A stretch of DNA of 64,000 bases, from NCBI GenBank assembly GCA_049512075.1, contig JBEKXL010000004.1:94166-158165 (forward strand), written 5' to 3'. Positions within the stretch are counted from its first letter, which is position 1. Each line of letters opens with the position of its first letter. The position numbers and the translations under genes were made by a program. The notes under the pieces are model-generated. The model had not been told where the DNA came from. It did no database searches and saw only the letters and a list, made by a program, of their open reading frames with translations. This DNA is from Candidatus Bathyarchaeia archaeon. Its GTDB lineage: Archaea; Thermoproteota; Bathyarchaeia; Bathyarchaeales; Bathycorpusculaceae. Below are positions 8,405 through 17,693 of this stretch, in pieces.

Positions 8405-11338
8405 TCAATGCTTCCTTCTATAGTCTATTATTGCGATCAGCAACACGATCAGGATGACAATTATGAGGCCTCCAACAAGGTATTGAGGAGGCACAAGCTG
8501 CCGGGTGTTTTTCACCGTTATGTTGATTTGAGAGTAACTTGTCAAAATGTTTCCCCAGGGGTCGCTAGAGGTAATGGTTATCTGGCCTTGGTAAACTCCG
8601 TCCTTCACATCGGGTACGTTAATCGTTAAGGGTATTGTTCCTGAACTGTTTGTGATTAGTGGAAGTTTCAAGGGCTGAACCCATGCGTTAATGGGCTGTG
8701 GAAAGTCTAAGCCTTCAATGACGAAAATGCTTTGGTTTGTGTAAGCTACGCTAGATGTGAAAGCGAAGGTGAAGTTAGCCATTACCCTGCTTGAAGGGTT
8801 AGAAGTGAAGTTAATATCGTTCACCTTGAGCGTTGAAACTATTGACGTGTAGCCGCCATCCGTTGTTGGTCCGGTCGGAGAACCTATGATTATTGGAATT
8901 GTGAAGCTGTCTTGACCGTTAATAGCGGAAACAGTCAAGGTTACAGGATAGACTCCCGCGGATTGGTAAGCGTGGGTGATTGTTGCCGTGTTGTTGTTTA
9001 CGCCGGGTGTGCCGTCACCGAAATTCCAAAGATAATTAGAGATTGTCGCGGTAGCATTAGACTGTTGAGCGTTGAAGGTTACGGTTTGGCCTGGACTCGG
9101 ATTGAAAGGCGTGTAGGTGAATCGTGCATAGATGTAGTTGTTCCAGAAGTAAGCGGTAATGTTCACGCTGTCTATAAGCTGAGTTTGTTCTGAATTGCTA
9201 TACCCTAATTCTTTTCCGATTTGGGTTAGGCCTGATGTGCTGATGGTTGCTGAGATTAAAAAGCCTTTTTCTTTTCCTATTATGACGGTGCTGGACGGAG
9301 TTATAGTGTTGCTGGAAGTGTAGGCTTTCTCTATTCCGCTGGATTGTGTGCTTGAAATCTTTGGAGTTTCAAACAGAAAGTAAAAGAAGTTTAATCCTGC
9401 CGAATAAATTTGATTGACCGTATTTGTAAAACCTGAAATTATAATAGATTCTGAAGGCGAATAGTTTGTTTCAATTCCAGAAGTCGCGGTGAAGCTTGTG
9501 GTTATGATTCCTGAAGCTGTAAAACCTTTTTCAATACCTGAAGTTGAAGTGCTTGTTATGGTCACGGTGCTACTGGGAGAGTAGCCTATTTCTTTGGAAA
9601 AGCTAGAGCTGGAAGCTAAAGAGAGCGTGTTCGCGGGTGCAAACAGTCTTTCCAGTCCGCTAACAACCATTGAGGATAGGCTTAATGCTTCTGAAGATGT
9701 GAATCCTCTCTCGATGCCAGAACTTGAAAGACTCGAAACGGCTAGAGTGCCAGAAGGTGAAAAGGCTCTTTCTATTCCGCTGGAGATTATGGCTGAAATG
9801 GTTAGCTGATTCGAAAGTGAAAAAGCGTTTTCTGCCGCTTTGCTTGTGCTTCCTTGAACGGTTAAGGCTTCGTTTGGACTATAACTATACTGCGCTCCTC
9901 CTGCGCTTGCTTGCATGATGGCATCGGCAATTATAATCCAATAAGCTGAACCACAAGTGAAATTAACTGCTGCGGCAGACTGAGTAGCTGAAACAACCTC
10001 ATACTCTGTACCAATCTTGGCAGTGCATTGGATGGTTGTAAACCCAGCACCTACTGAAGGCACATTTGCGCTAGGACTTGCCATTCCAATTATGAAGTCA
10101 TTAGCGTTAGAAGTTGTAATTGAAACTGTAGGATCAGCACTTAACCCACCACTTGCAGAAGGGTTGGCTCCCGCATTAGAATCGAAAATAGTTGTGGTAT
10201 CAGCCCCGCTGATTCCGAATGCTACTCCCCTTTGATATTCATTTGGTGTGCTAGTCATTGTGACGGTTACATTGATTCCACCATGACTTGCCCAAGTTGC
10301 ATACCATTCCTCTATGACGTAGCGATAAGAATGGTACATGACTATGGTTTTTCTTTGCGCCCAAGTAGAAGTCGAAACATTGGCGGATATGCTACTGACA
10401 TTTACATAGAGATTATCATCAATCGCGACGGAAGAAACAATTAGCACATCATTATCTGTTGAAGTCGAGAAAACCAATGAGTATATAGTTGCGGTGAAAT
10501 TGGTTTTTAATACGCTTCCGTCAAGAGCTGTAGGGTCTAGGTACACTGGAAAAACAGCACCGTCAATGAAGGCTTTAGGAATCCTTATGTTCACAATTAA
10601 AATGCCGTTGTTAGCCGTGACCGCGTAAACTCCGAGCGTCTTGTTTCCAGCACTATCCTCAATGTATGGTTGCGGAAGCCAATAGACCGTGTTGTTCTGA
10701 GCATCATTAAAGTCTACCGTGCCATTAGTCATGAATTTCTGGTTAGTCGGATGAAGATAGCCAACACCGTTAGCATAAATCGTTAAGGAATTATTGAAGT
10801 AACAGTTAGCAACGTACTGGAGATAATCAGGTTTTATGGAGCTTGAAGGCGCACTAACATTGTGAATTATCAAAGTTTCCTTTAGCTGGTCTTGAAAGGC
10901 TTGATACTGCAAGTCCGTGTTTATCCATGCTCCAGAATAGGTTAAGACGCTACTTCCTTCTGTAGTGTTGGCTTGAGTATTTTGAGGGTTCATTTCCTGA
11001 ACCATGCCAATTATCGCGTCATAGCTGGAATTGTACCAGTGCAGTTGGCTTGTGCTAATGTCCATGTCAAACGTGTAGCCTTGATATTGAAATCTCACGG
11101 CTTTCGAGCTTTTAGAATCATTCTTGAAGTACGCTTGATACGTTCCGTTTGCCATAAACGCATAACTCACATTGTCACTGTTAATTATGGGAATAAACGG
11201 TATGCTAGAACTTGCTTGACCGTCAATAGTTGCAGAAGCATGAACAGAAGGCACAAACTCGGAAACACTTAGGAAGCTAACAAGTAACAAAACCGTTATG
11301 AAGACTGTGAATGTTCGTTTTCTTTTCATTTTCTGCAC
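8405..11338 (-). CDS. 977-aa type I membrane surface protein (signal peptide, 20-aa repeats, PKD and Ig-like domains, C-terminal TM); spike/adhesin-like
   Basis: N-terminal signal ...VHA-S; SGIER/K repeats; PKD motif YLWNFGDG...HAY...G.Y.VTLTV; TM followed by YRRKH. Confidence 0.8.
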   Translation of the reverse strand: MQKMKRKRTFTVFITVLLLVSFLSVSEFVPSVHASATIDGQASSSIPFIPIINSDNVSYAFMANGTYQAYFKNDSKSSKAVRFQYQGYTFDMDISTSQLHWYNSSYDAIIGMVQEMNPQNTQANTTEGSSVLTYSGAWINTDLQYQAFQDQLKETLIIHNVSAPSSSIKPDYLQYVANCYFNNSLTIYANGVGYLHPTNQKFMTNGTVDFNDAQNNTVYWLPQPYIEDSAGNKTLGVYAVTANNGILIVNIRIPKAFIDGAVFPVYLDPTALDGSVLKTNFTATIYSLVFSTSTDNDVLIVSSVAIDDNLYVNVSSISANVSTSTWAQRKTIVMYHSYRYVIEEWYATWASHGGINVTVTMTSTPNEYQRGVAFGISGADTTTIFDSNAGANPSASGGLSADPTVSITTSNANDFIIGMASPSANVPSVGAGFTTIQCTAKIGTEYEVVSATQSAAAVNFTCGSAYWIIIADAIMQASAGGAQYSYSPNEALTVQGSTSKAAENAFSLSNQLTISAIISSGIERAFSPSGTLAVSSLSSSGIERGFTSSEALSLSSMVVSGLERLFAPANTLSLASSSSFSKEIGYSPSSTVTITSTSTSGIEKGFTASGIITTSFTATSGIETNYSPSESIIISGFTNTVNQIYSAGLNFFYFLFETPKISSTQSSGIEKAYTSSNTITPSSTVIIGKEKGFLISATISTSGLTQIGKELGYSNSEQTQLIDSVNITAYFWNNYIYARFTYTPFNPSPGQTVTFNAQQSNATATISNYLWNFGDGTPGVNNNTATITHAYQSAGVYPVTLTVSAINGQDSFTIPIIIGSPTGPTTDGGYTSIVSTLKVNDINFTSNPSSRVMANFTFAFTSSVAYTNQSIFVIEGLDFPQPINAWVQPLKLPLITNSSGTIPLTINVPDVKDGVYQGQITITSSDPWGNILTSYSQINITVKNTRQLVPPQYLVGGLIIVILIVLLIAIIDYRRKH

Positions 11339-11577
11339 TTCTCCATCATTTCTCGGTACTTGTGTTTTGCGAAATATCCAATGTAAACGATTGTTGGAAA
11401 AACCAGGGCAAATTCAACGGAGATTATGACCATGTTAGGTTCAACACCGTAGAAATAGCCTAAGAAGAATATGCTTGTGATCACAACTATTCCGAGAGCT
11501 GAAAAGACGATTATCAGCGACATGCCTATTGCATGGACTAAAACTTTCTTCCAGTCTAACGGACGAAGATTTTTCAT
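11326..11577 (-). CDS. Two-TM small membrane protein (element)
   Basis: Two hydrophobic helices; overlaps the start of the 977-aa gene. Confidence 0.65.
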   Translation of the reverse strand: MKNLRPLDWKKVLVHAIGMSLIIVFSALGIVVITSIFFLGYFYGVEPNMVIISVEFALVFPTIVYIGYFAKHKYREMMEKCRK

Positions 11578-11579
11578 TT

Positions 11580-11777
11580 CTATATTTCTCCCAAAGCATC
11601 AAAATTGCCCTTGATAAGCGTCAGGTTGCCGTTTGAAAAAAGAACCATAATGCAAGATTCACCCATTGGACTATCTAGGAAGCCACAGAGAACACCGCTG
11701 ACCCTGTAGTCTTCGATAACGACTTGAACCTGACGATTTTTGAAAAGACAAACCAAATCGCTGTTCATGTTTTTCAT
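11580..11777 (-). CDS. Small protein with Sm/Lsm-like pattern
   Basis: VQVVIEDYRVSGVLCGF...LTLIKG resembles Sm1/Sm2 motifs. Confidence 0.45.
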   Translation of the reverse strand: MKNMNSDLVCLFKNRQVQVVIEDYRVSGVLCGFLDSPMGESCIMVLFSNGNLTLIKGNFDALGEI

Positions 11778-11896
11778 TCCTCAGAAGGTAGTTTAGAGTG
11801 TTTCTTATTCCCGATTCTGGAAAGCTCTCCACGAGTTAGAAGGCCGACTACGAAGCTGAGGAAGGCTATCACGAGAACGTATGTATCTTCAATCAT
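11774..11896 (-). CDS. 40-aa single-TM protein (not in ORF track)
   Basis: MIEDTYVLVIAFLSFVVGLLTRGELSRIGNKKHSKLPSEE*; ATGA overlaps at both ends. Confidence 0.6.
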   Translation of the reverse strand: MIEDTYVLVIAFLSFVVGLLTRGELSRIGNKKHSKLPSEE

Positions 11897-12105
11897 CTGT
11901 GTGGACCTCTCTTTTTGGAAAGCATCATCATTGAAACGATTAAGCCGAAGCTTATGCAGACTAAACCAAATGCAAAGCTTTCATGGTGAAGAAACTGGCT
12001 CCAATCCCACCAGTTGTTCCAAACCAAGTATTGTTGAAACATGACAAAGAAGGCTACTGTAACAAGAAGAACAGCAAGAAACTTCACGTTGCTTTGCTTG
12101 GTCAT
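11893..12105 (-). CDS. Two-TM small membrane protein (element)
   Basis: Two hydrophobic helices with a WNNWWDWSQFLHHE loop; ATGA-coupled. Confidence 0.65.
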   Translation of the reverse strand: MTKQSNVKFLAVLLVTVAFFVMFQQYLVWNNWWDWSQFLHHESFAFGLVCISFGLIVSMMMLSKKRGPHR

Positions 12106-12371
12106 TGGTTGAGACTTCTCCCACTTTTGTTTCGAGTCTGAAGGATCCTAAGGAAGACGAATGCACCTATCGTGAAGCAGAACATGAAGGCTAGTAGCTG
12201 AAAGTTACCAACTAGAAAAGACATGAAATCTTTCAAACTTTGAGGAATTATATGTAAGCTGTCTCCAATTATGTAGAACAGTCCATAAACAAGGCCTGCT
12301 AAGGCTATTTTTGATATTACGCTTGCCCAGATTTTCGATTGAACACTTTTCTTAGGCATTCTATATACCAA
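12102..12371 (-). CDS. Two-TM small membrane protein (element)
   Basis: Hydrophobic helices and basic termini; ATGA-coupled to next gene. Confidence 0.65.
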   Translation of the reverse strand: MVYRMPKKSVQSKIWASVISKIALAGLVYGLFYIIGDSLHIIPQSLKDFMSFLVGNFQLLAFMFCFTIGAFVFLRILQTRNKSGRSLNQ

Positions 12372-12434
12372 GCCTACTTTTGTTGTTCATTCTCGGACAA
12401 GCATTGCATTTGAAAAGCCTTTCATTCAATCGCC

Positions 12435-13151
12435 TCAAGTCGGTACTGTCACGTAGGAGACAGCTAGACTCGTGAAACTGTATGGACTCGCATAATAGAA
12501 TATCCAAGCCGGGCTACCAGTTGTTGCTGTCCGGACGGCAGACGTGCCGTCTGGAAAGACGATGGTCATCGTTATCGCGCTGAAGGCCACAGCCCAGTAA
12601 TATTTAGTATTAGGCGTCCATCCTGCATAGAGGGTCTGAAGTGCCGCTGAAGTCATTGGAAACGATGCTAGGCAAAATTGCAACCCGCTCGTTAAAGATG
12701 ATGGTCCAGAAAGCGTAAGTGGTGTTGTAGAGTTTTTGTATAGAAAAACGGACGTGTTTGGAATGCTTGAACCCGCAACAATTGTGCCGACAATAGAATA
12801 GTATGACGTTGAAATTGAGTATGAGGATATTGGACCAGTGAAGGTTGCGGTAAGGTAAAAGTTGAATTGAACGTTTGAGACGGTTTTGTTAGCGTCTGCA
12901 GGATCCACGATCAAGAGAGGGTTGAACATAGTGATTGTTGAAAGGTCAAACGTGCGCTTTGTTCCGTCTGAGTAGGACACCACGCCTTGCACGTCTGAGT
13001 TAAGACCCAGTCTTGATGTACTCGGTTTAGAAGCGAACATTCCCCGGTTCACCGCATACGCAAAGAATAGCATTCCTGCAAAGGCAAAAAAGACAATGAT
13101 GTTTCGCGTGGTGTGTGACACGTTTGTTTTTGTTCCTCTATTTGGATTCAT
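12435..13151 (-). CDS. N-terminally anchored, Ser/Thr- and beta-rich exported protein (element)
   Basis: N-terminal TM (IIVFFAFAGMLFFAYAV) followed by a S/T-rich domain. Confidence 0.7.
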   Translation of the reverse strand: MNPNRGTKTNVSHTTRNIIVFFAFAGMLFFAYAVNRGMFASKPSTSRLGLNSDVQGVVSYSDGTKRTFDLSTITMFNPLLIVDPADANKTVSNVQFNFYLTATFTGPISSYSISTSYYSIVGTIVAGSSIPNTSVFLYKNSTTPLTLSGPSSLTSGLQFCLASFPMTSAALQTLYAGWTPNTKYYWAVAFSAITMTIVFPDGTSAVRTATTGSPAWIFYYASPYSFTSLAVSYVTVPT

Positions 13152-13722
13152 GGCTACACCTTTTGTTCATTCAGAGAAAGTTCCTGTTTCTTTTTGGCCT
13201 TCTGATCTCTCCAATATTGTCGCACTGCAGGATGTGAGCGACCCCACAGTTTAGCCATTATTTCTCACATGATTGCTCGTGATATGTTGGTGACGGTAAT
13301 AGTGAGCAGTAATACCGTTCATCACCAACATCACTATAGCCAGGTCCACTTATAAGACTTTCCAAGACTCTAGGAAAAAAGAGTCACCATCACGAGTGGC
13401 ATAGTTTGAACGAAAAAGCCTAGGTATTCCGTTGAAAAAGTCAAACATAACTGAAGCACATTCGAGCATATTGTCGTAAAGCTTAAGATATACTTTTATA
13501 GGTCGCTGATGTATCGTTGCGGAAAAGGTTTGAATGGCATGAATGGTGAAAAAGAGAACAGTGCGTTCCAAAGCTTCAAGTCTGAATGCACTAGAAAAAG
13601 ACGAAAAAGAAAACTTGCGAGATTGGCTACTCGATATAGACCTGCTCAAATGGGATAATCATTAAGGTTTTTCAGTGAAAAAGTGCTAAGTCTTGAACAT
13701 GGAACAGAAAAAAAGGAAAGGA

Positions 13723-14163
13723 TTAGGATTTCTCTTTTTTATGCTTCACGATTAATTGAACGTTGGTTGTGTATATTGGGATTCCGCGCTCATCATGTTT
13801 ACTAGTGCGTGCTGCTGAAACCAGAATACCTTTTATTGATAACAGGATTTTTTCTGATGGTAACTCATACTCATTCCAGTGATCCGTGAGTTGAGTGAAT
13901 TTCAAATCATCGGCTTCTATGAAGTTCTCTGGTTTTTCATCAGATTTCAATGGTAGCGATGGGATTCCCATATATTTCTCGTTTGGTCTAACGCTGAATA
14001 CAGGCGAATGTGAAAATGTGAATTTTTCATCAGCCTCTTTGATTACCGCAGCTAGGACCACTTTCACTCTCAAAACTGTTCCATCCTCAAGTTTATATTC
14101 ATTCCAAGGCTCTTTTGCAACCTTGAACTCAAGAAAGTTTATCCTCCCAGTCTGTAGCGTCAC
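13723..14163 (-). CDS. Hypothetical protein with duplicated WNEY domain
   Basis: KEPWNEYKLEDGTVLRVK and TDHWNEYELPSEKILLSIK; GTG start at 14163 after GAGGT. Confidence 0.65.
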   Translation of the reverse strand: MTLQTGRINFLEFKVAKEPWNEYKLEDGTVLRVKVVLAAVIKEADEKFTFSHSPVFSVRPNEKYMGIPSLPLKSDEKPENFIEADDLKFTQLTDHWNEYELPSEKILLSIKGILVSAARTSKHDERGIPIYTTNVQLIVKHKKEKS

Positions 14164-14168
14164 TTTGT

Positions 14169-14720
14169 TTACCTCAGTTTTGTATATTTGGTCCCGCTTG
14201 TTGATGAAGCATATTTGTCTTTCAAATTTGAGCGTGCGCGCCCTGTTATAGAGCAGGTTGGAGCGGTCACAGGAATAGACACCTTTACACCACTCTCCAA
14301 GTATAAGGTTTTGCAAGGTTCAACATGGCGTTGAAATGTCTCATAAGTTTTGGCCATTGTTTCTTCTCTTACCGCTTTTTCGAATGGCACTTCAGGAATC
14401 AGCAACATGATTAAGCCATTGAGAAAACGTTCACCAAGCTTCGTGATAGAATAGTATGAGTATTCTTTGTTTCCTAGTTTATGTTCAAAATAGTGGTCAA
14501 TCAGACCAGAAGAATACAGTTTCTTCAAATGATAGTTTAGGGTTAACTTGTCAAGTCCTAGTCGCTCTTTAATCGTTGAAAATGAAAGTTTTTCAGTTTG
14601 TTCCAGTAATACGAGAATAGCCTGCCGTATAGAGTTGTCTAGAGATGAAATTATCAGTCGAGTTTCTTCCGGAAGTTCTTTTGCATATTGCTCATAGAGC
14701 ACTTGCTCACATTTTTTCAC
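14169..14720 (-). CDS. ArsR-like winged-HTH regulator
   Basis: IRQAILVLL...LSFSTIKERLGL..TLNYHLKKL..SGLI...YSITKLG. Confidence 0.8.
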   Translation of the reverse strand: MKKCEQVLYEQYAKELPEETRLIISSLDNSIRQAILVLLEQTEKLSFSTIKERLGLDKLTLNYHLKKLYSSGLIDHYFEHKLGNKEYSYYSITKLGERFLNGLIMLLIPEVPFEKAVREETMAKTYETFQRHVEPCKTLYLESGVKVSIPVTAPTCSITGRARSNLKDKYASSTSGTKYTKLR

Positions 14721-14849
14721 CGTATTTGCCTCCTAATGGTTGTAGTAGTGAGGTATAATTCAATTTATACCTAGTCTTAATAAGACTTGTTGAGTCTATA
14801 TAAAGATTCAGGAATAATCTTCTAGTAGAATGTTCAAGGGAATTCATTA

Positions 14850-15350
14850 ATGTCGTTTGCACAATATCGAGAAATGCAGGGAAGGCTGCAAATTCTCATT
14901 CTAGGTCCCTACGCACCAAAGCGTGCGTTAGAAAGGCTGGAAATCCTTCAAAAATGCCTGATTGGAAAAGGTTTTTCCCAGACAAGTCTGGTCAAAGACT
15001 TCAGCGACAAAGAGACTTACAGCCAAGATCCTGATGAACACTTCACACTTAAGAGCCAAAAACTCATCAAGGAATGGGCACATGTTCCAATCTTCATTTT
15101 CTTAAAAGATGCTGATAACCAAGGGGTTACTATCGAGCTTACTTACACATGTGTGACTTTGACTGACAAGCAATCTTGTTGCGCAACCTTTTTTGAAGGT
15201 GATTGGGAGAATTTCAGTCGGCTGATGAGAGGTCAGGTGAAACTTACAAAGAGGGTGAGTTTTAGCGATTTTGACAACGACGCAGATCTCTGTGACTTGG
15301 CTGGAGGCCACGCTTTGAAAATACTCGATAGATTGTACTACTTCCTCTAG
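14850..15350 (+). CDS. Hypothetical protein, possible TIR/nucleoside-deoxyribosyltransferase-like Rossmann fold
   Basis: ILILGPY...GF...IFIF....NQGVTIEL pattern. Confidence 0.5.
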   Translation: MSFAQYREMQGRLQILILGPYAPKRALERLEILQKCLIGKGFSQTSLVKDFSDKETYSQDPDEHFTLKSQKLIKEWAHVPIFIFLKDADNQGVTIELTYTCVTLTDKQSCCATFFEGDWENFSRLMRGQVKLTKRVSFSDFDNDADLCDLAGGHALKILDRLYYFL

Positions 15351-15445
15351 TTGAATCGAACTACTCTTCTCATTCGAATCTAATCTAGCGACTTTCACAT
15401 TTCTTTGAACATGCGACAGAGAAAAAAAGGGAGATAGAGGTTTTC

Positions 15446-15649
15446 TTAAAACCTTTCGTCCTTGAGTATCTCACGGAAAACAGGCCCTAACTCGTTCCAC
15501 TTTATGACCTCTTCGCCGGTGGTTGCTTCCAAGTCTGACCTTATCGCGTCCACGATGTTGTATTCAAGGAAGGGAATTGGGTCCAGGCCGTAGTGGGTAG
15601 GTGTGTTTCTCAGAAATTCCATAAGGATCCTTGGAACCTTCAACGTCAC
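15446..15649 (-). CDS. Small hypothetical protein (RHH-like N-terminus)
   Basis: VTLKVPRILMEFL; same frame as the upstream gene. Confidence 0.45.
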   Translation of the reverse strand: MTLKVPRILMEFLRNTPTHYGLDPIPFLEYNIVDAIRSDLEATTGEEVIKWNELGPVFREILKDERF

Positions 15650-15700
15650 CGTTTCATACTCGATGGGCTGTCGGACATTTTCTTTTGATGCTTTCGTGTT

Positions 15701-16279
15701 CTATTTCTCCTCTTCGTCTGGATTATAGCCATGTGTCCTTTCATTGAACCGTTCAAGCCAATCGGAAGGGTTCAGGCCATGCGTTCCAGCGAACTTTTCA
15801 AGATCACCGTTCAAGCTTTGCACCCTGGCATAGATGGCTTTCATGCAGAAAGTTTCTACGTCGTCCTTGCAACCGAAGAACCGCAGGTACTCTTTAATGA
15901 AGTCTAGGAAGGGACTGATCACGGTTATTTTGAGCTGCACCATTTCACCCATTAGGTCATGTTTCCAGTTTGGATGATTCTTTCGCCAGAGCTGCTGACT
16001 GTTGAAAACCGTTGCTTTTTCTGTCCCGGACCCAGTGACGATCTCGATGAAGTCTCCTGCATCGAGCCAACTTCTTAGTTTCGCATATTGTTCAGCGTTC
16101 AAGGGGACCTCTAGGAAAGGCTCGTTCTGTTCAGGCTGATCAAACGTGGTCGCAGACTTGAAAAGAAACGCAACGTATTCCTCGACAGTCATGTTCTTGT
16201 TGTCTGCAAGCTCTTTCAGAGCCTTGTAGGTTGCGCCTTCTACACAGATTTTCTTAGTGGCTTCTGTTTCAGTTTCCAT
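15701..16279 (-). CDS. Hypothetical protein with N-terminal RHH-like segment
   Basis: KICVEGATYKALKELADNKNMTVEEYV; start trimmed to ATG 16279. Confidence 0.6.
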   Translation of the reverse strand: METETEATKKICVEGATYKALKELADNKNMTVEEYVAFLFKSATTFDQPEQNEPFLEVPLNAEQYAKLRSWLDAGDFIEIVTGSGTEKATVFNSQQLWRKNHPNWKHDLMGEMVQLKITVISPFLDFIKEYLRFFGCKDDVETFCMKAIYARVQSLNGDLEKFAGTHGLNPSDWLERFNERTHGYNPDEEEK

Positions 16280-16541
16280 GCTTTGAATCCTCCACCTTTG
16301 CCGGTTCTTCTTTTTGCTCTGACCAGAATATGCCAAGCTTCTTTTTGACCTCTTCATCATACCTTTTGGCTGCGATGCAATAGGCGTCTTCTATACGGCT
16401 GTGCAGAATGTCGAACAGTTTGGGAGCTGGAATGGGGTGGGGTATGGCTTGGGCCTCGCCTTCTAATAGACTCGCGCAGTCAAGGAAGCCTCGCAAGTAG
16501 TCAAGCTCTTTCTCTTGAAGTGTGTCTTCAGCGTCTTTCAT
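16269..16541 (-). CDS. Hypothetical protein (element)
   Basis: 90-aa ORF preceded by AGGAG. Confidence 0.5.
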   Translation of the reverse strand: MKDAEDTLQEKELDYLRGFLDCASLLEGEAQAIPHPIPAPKLFDILHSRIEDAYCIAAKRYDEEVKKKLGIFWSEQKEEPAKVEDSKHGN

Positions 16542-16668
16542 TTTCTCTTTTCTCCTTTTGTGTGAAAGCTAGTATATCTGACCAAGTATATAAGTTAAAT
16601 CCACAGTTTAATAATTGGTTTGTAACTGGGTTTAGTATTGTTCGCGGTCCGAACAAGAATAAGCAAAG

Positions 16669-17622
16669 CTACCGTTCCTTCTTTTCTTCTGTTTCTAATT
16701 TTTCCGATTCAGAAGAACCCGGAGGAGTCGAAATAATCGTTTCCTCAGTCATGCCTGAAGTAATGGGTTTTCGAGAGCGTTTTATCCGCTTCCAATAACG
16801 ACTCCAATGCTTCATCACTTCACGGTCATGTTCACACCGTTCTGTCATCTGTTCCAAGGTAGTATCAGCTAAGGCGGTCAGTTCCTTGTCAAGTTTGAAG
16901 ACTGGTAGAAAATCCTCTCGGCTGTCTGGATGGAAAAGAACTATTCTAACAAATGTTTCCTTTCTTATTTCTTCAGCACGTGCAAGTGCTTTTTTGGTTC
17001 CCCATTTAATGAGTGCTCTCTCTTCAGCAGTGTCAATTTGAGCATTAAACAGGGAAATGCCAAAATCTTCTATGAGTGACGATATATTCATAGCTTTTTG
17101 TTCCTCAGTCTTTTCCCGGGGCACAGGAACAAATTCTAAGTCGCCTTGTGATGTTATGTTCTTTTCTTTCTCAATCAGCGTTAGGGGATAATAATAATTT
17201 CTGAAATAGTTTTTCACGTTCTCGATGATCCTGTTCTTCAGGCCATGAACAGTGAAGAATTGCCACTTTCCGAGTACCGGGGGAAGTAATTTCTCGTGTT
17301 GACAGGCGATAGCATCAAAATCCTTTTCCTGTAATTTATCAAGAGTTAGAGCAAAATATTGGAGCAGCCCCTCCAGTGTCATATCATAAGAGTCAACCTT
17401 CAAGCTGGGGTTTTTCGATGATGGCTCAGATTTTGCTTTCACTATTAAGTGATTCTCAAGTAAATCGCTGATCGTGTCATGTATGTTACCGTAACTTCTA
17501 TGCAAAAGGCGTTTGAGTTCCCATCGGTTTTTAGGTTCTCCTGTTGCTAGGAGTTGTAGAATAGCTAGGTTTGTTGGTTCTTTGGTTCGTGGTTTTCTTT
17601 CATGGGATACTATCTTTGTCAT
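16669..17622 (-). CDS. Winged-HTH protein, candidate element repressor
   Basis: N-terminal wHTH (NRWELKRLL..SYGNIH.TI..L...LI...YDMTLEG); divergent from the replication operon. Confidence 0.7.
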   Translation of the reverse strand: MTKIVSHERKPRTKEPTNLAILQLLATGEPKNRWELKRLLHRSYGNIHDTISDLLENHLIVKAKSEPSSKNPSLKVDSYDMTLEGLLQYFALTLDKLQEKDFDAIACQHEKLLPPVLGKWQFFTVHGLKNRIIENVKNYFRNYYYPLTLIEKEKNITSQGDLEFVPVPREKTEEQKAMNISSLIEDFGISLFNAQIDTAEERALIKWGTKKALARAEEIRKETFVRIVLFHPDSREDFLPVFKLDKELTALADTTLEQMTERCEHDREVMKHWSRYWKRIKRSRKPITSGMTEETIISTPPGSSESEKLETEEKKER

Positions 17623-17693
17623 AGTCTACTGATAAGTGACAAAAGATATATATACTTATCGCTGTACGTACTACTATCTTAGAGGAAAGACAG
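17623..17693. promoter_or_regulatory. Divergent promoter with palindromic TATA box and flanking inverted repeat
   Basis: TATATATA 17647-17654; GATAAGT 17631-17637 and ACTTATC 17654-17660. Confidence 0.55.

Noticed and set aside
8405-13151. Firm assignment to Pleolipoviridae or Fuselloviridae
   Set aside because: Only architectural resemblance; no recognisable conserved NTPase or capsid sequence.
15701-15703. Pyrrolysine recoding of TAG
   Set aside because: No pyl genes in the window, and TAG ends several conserved genes normally (e.g. ABC ATPase, panB).
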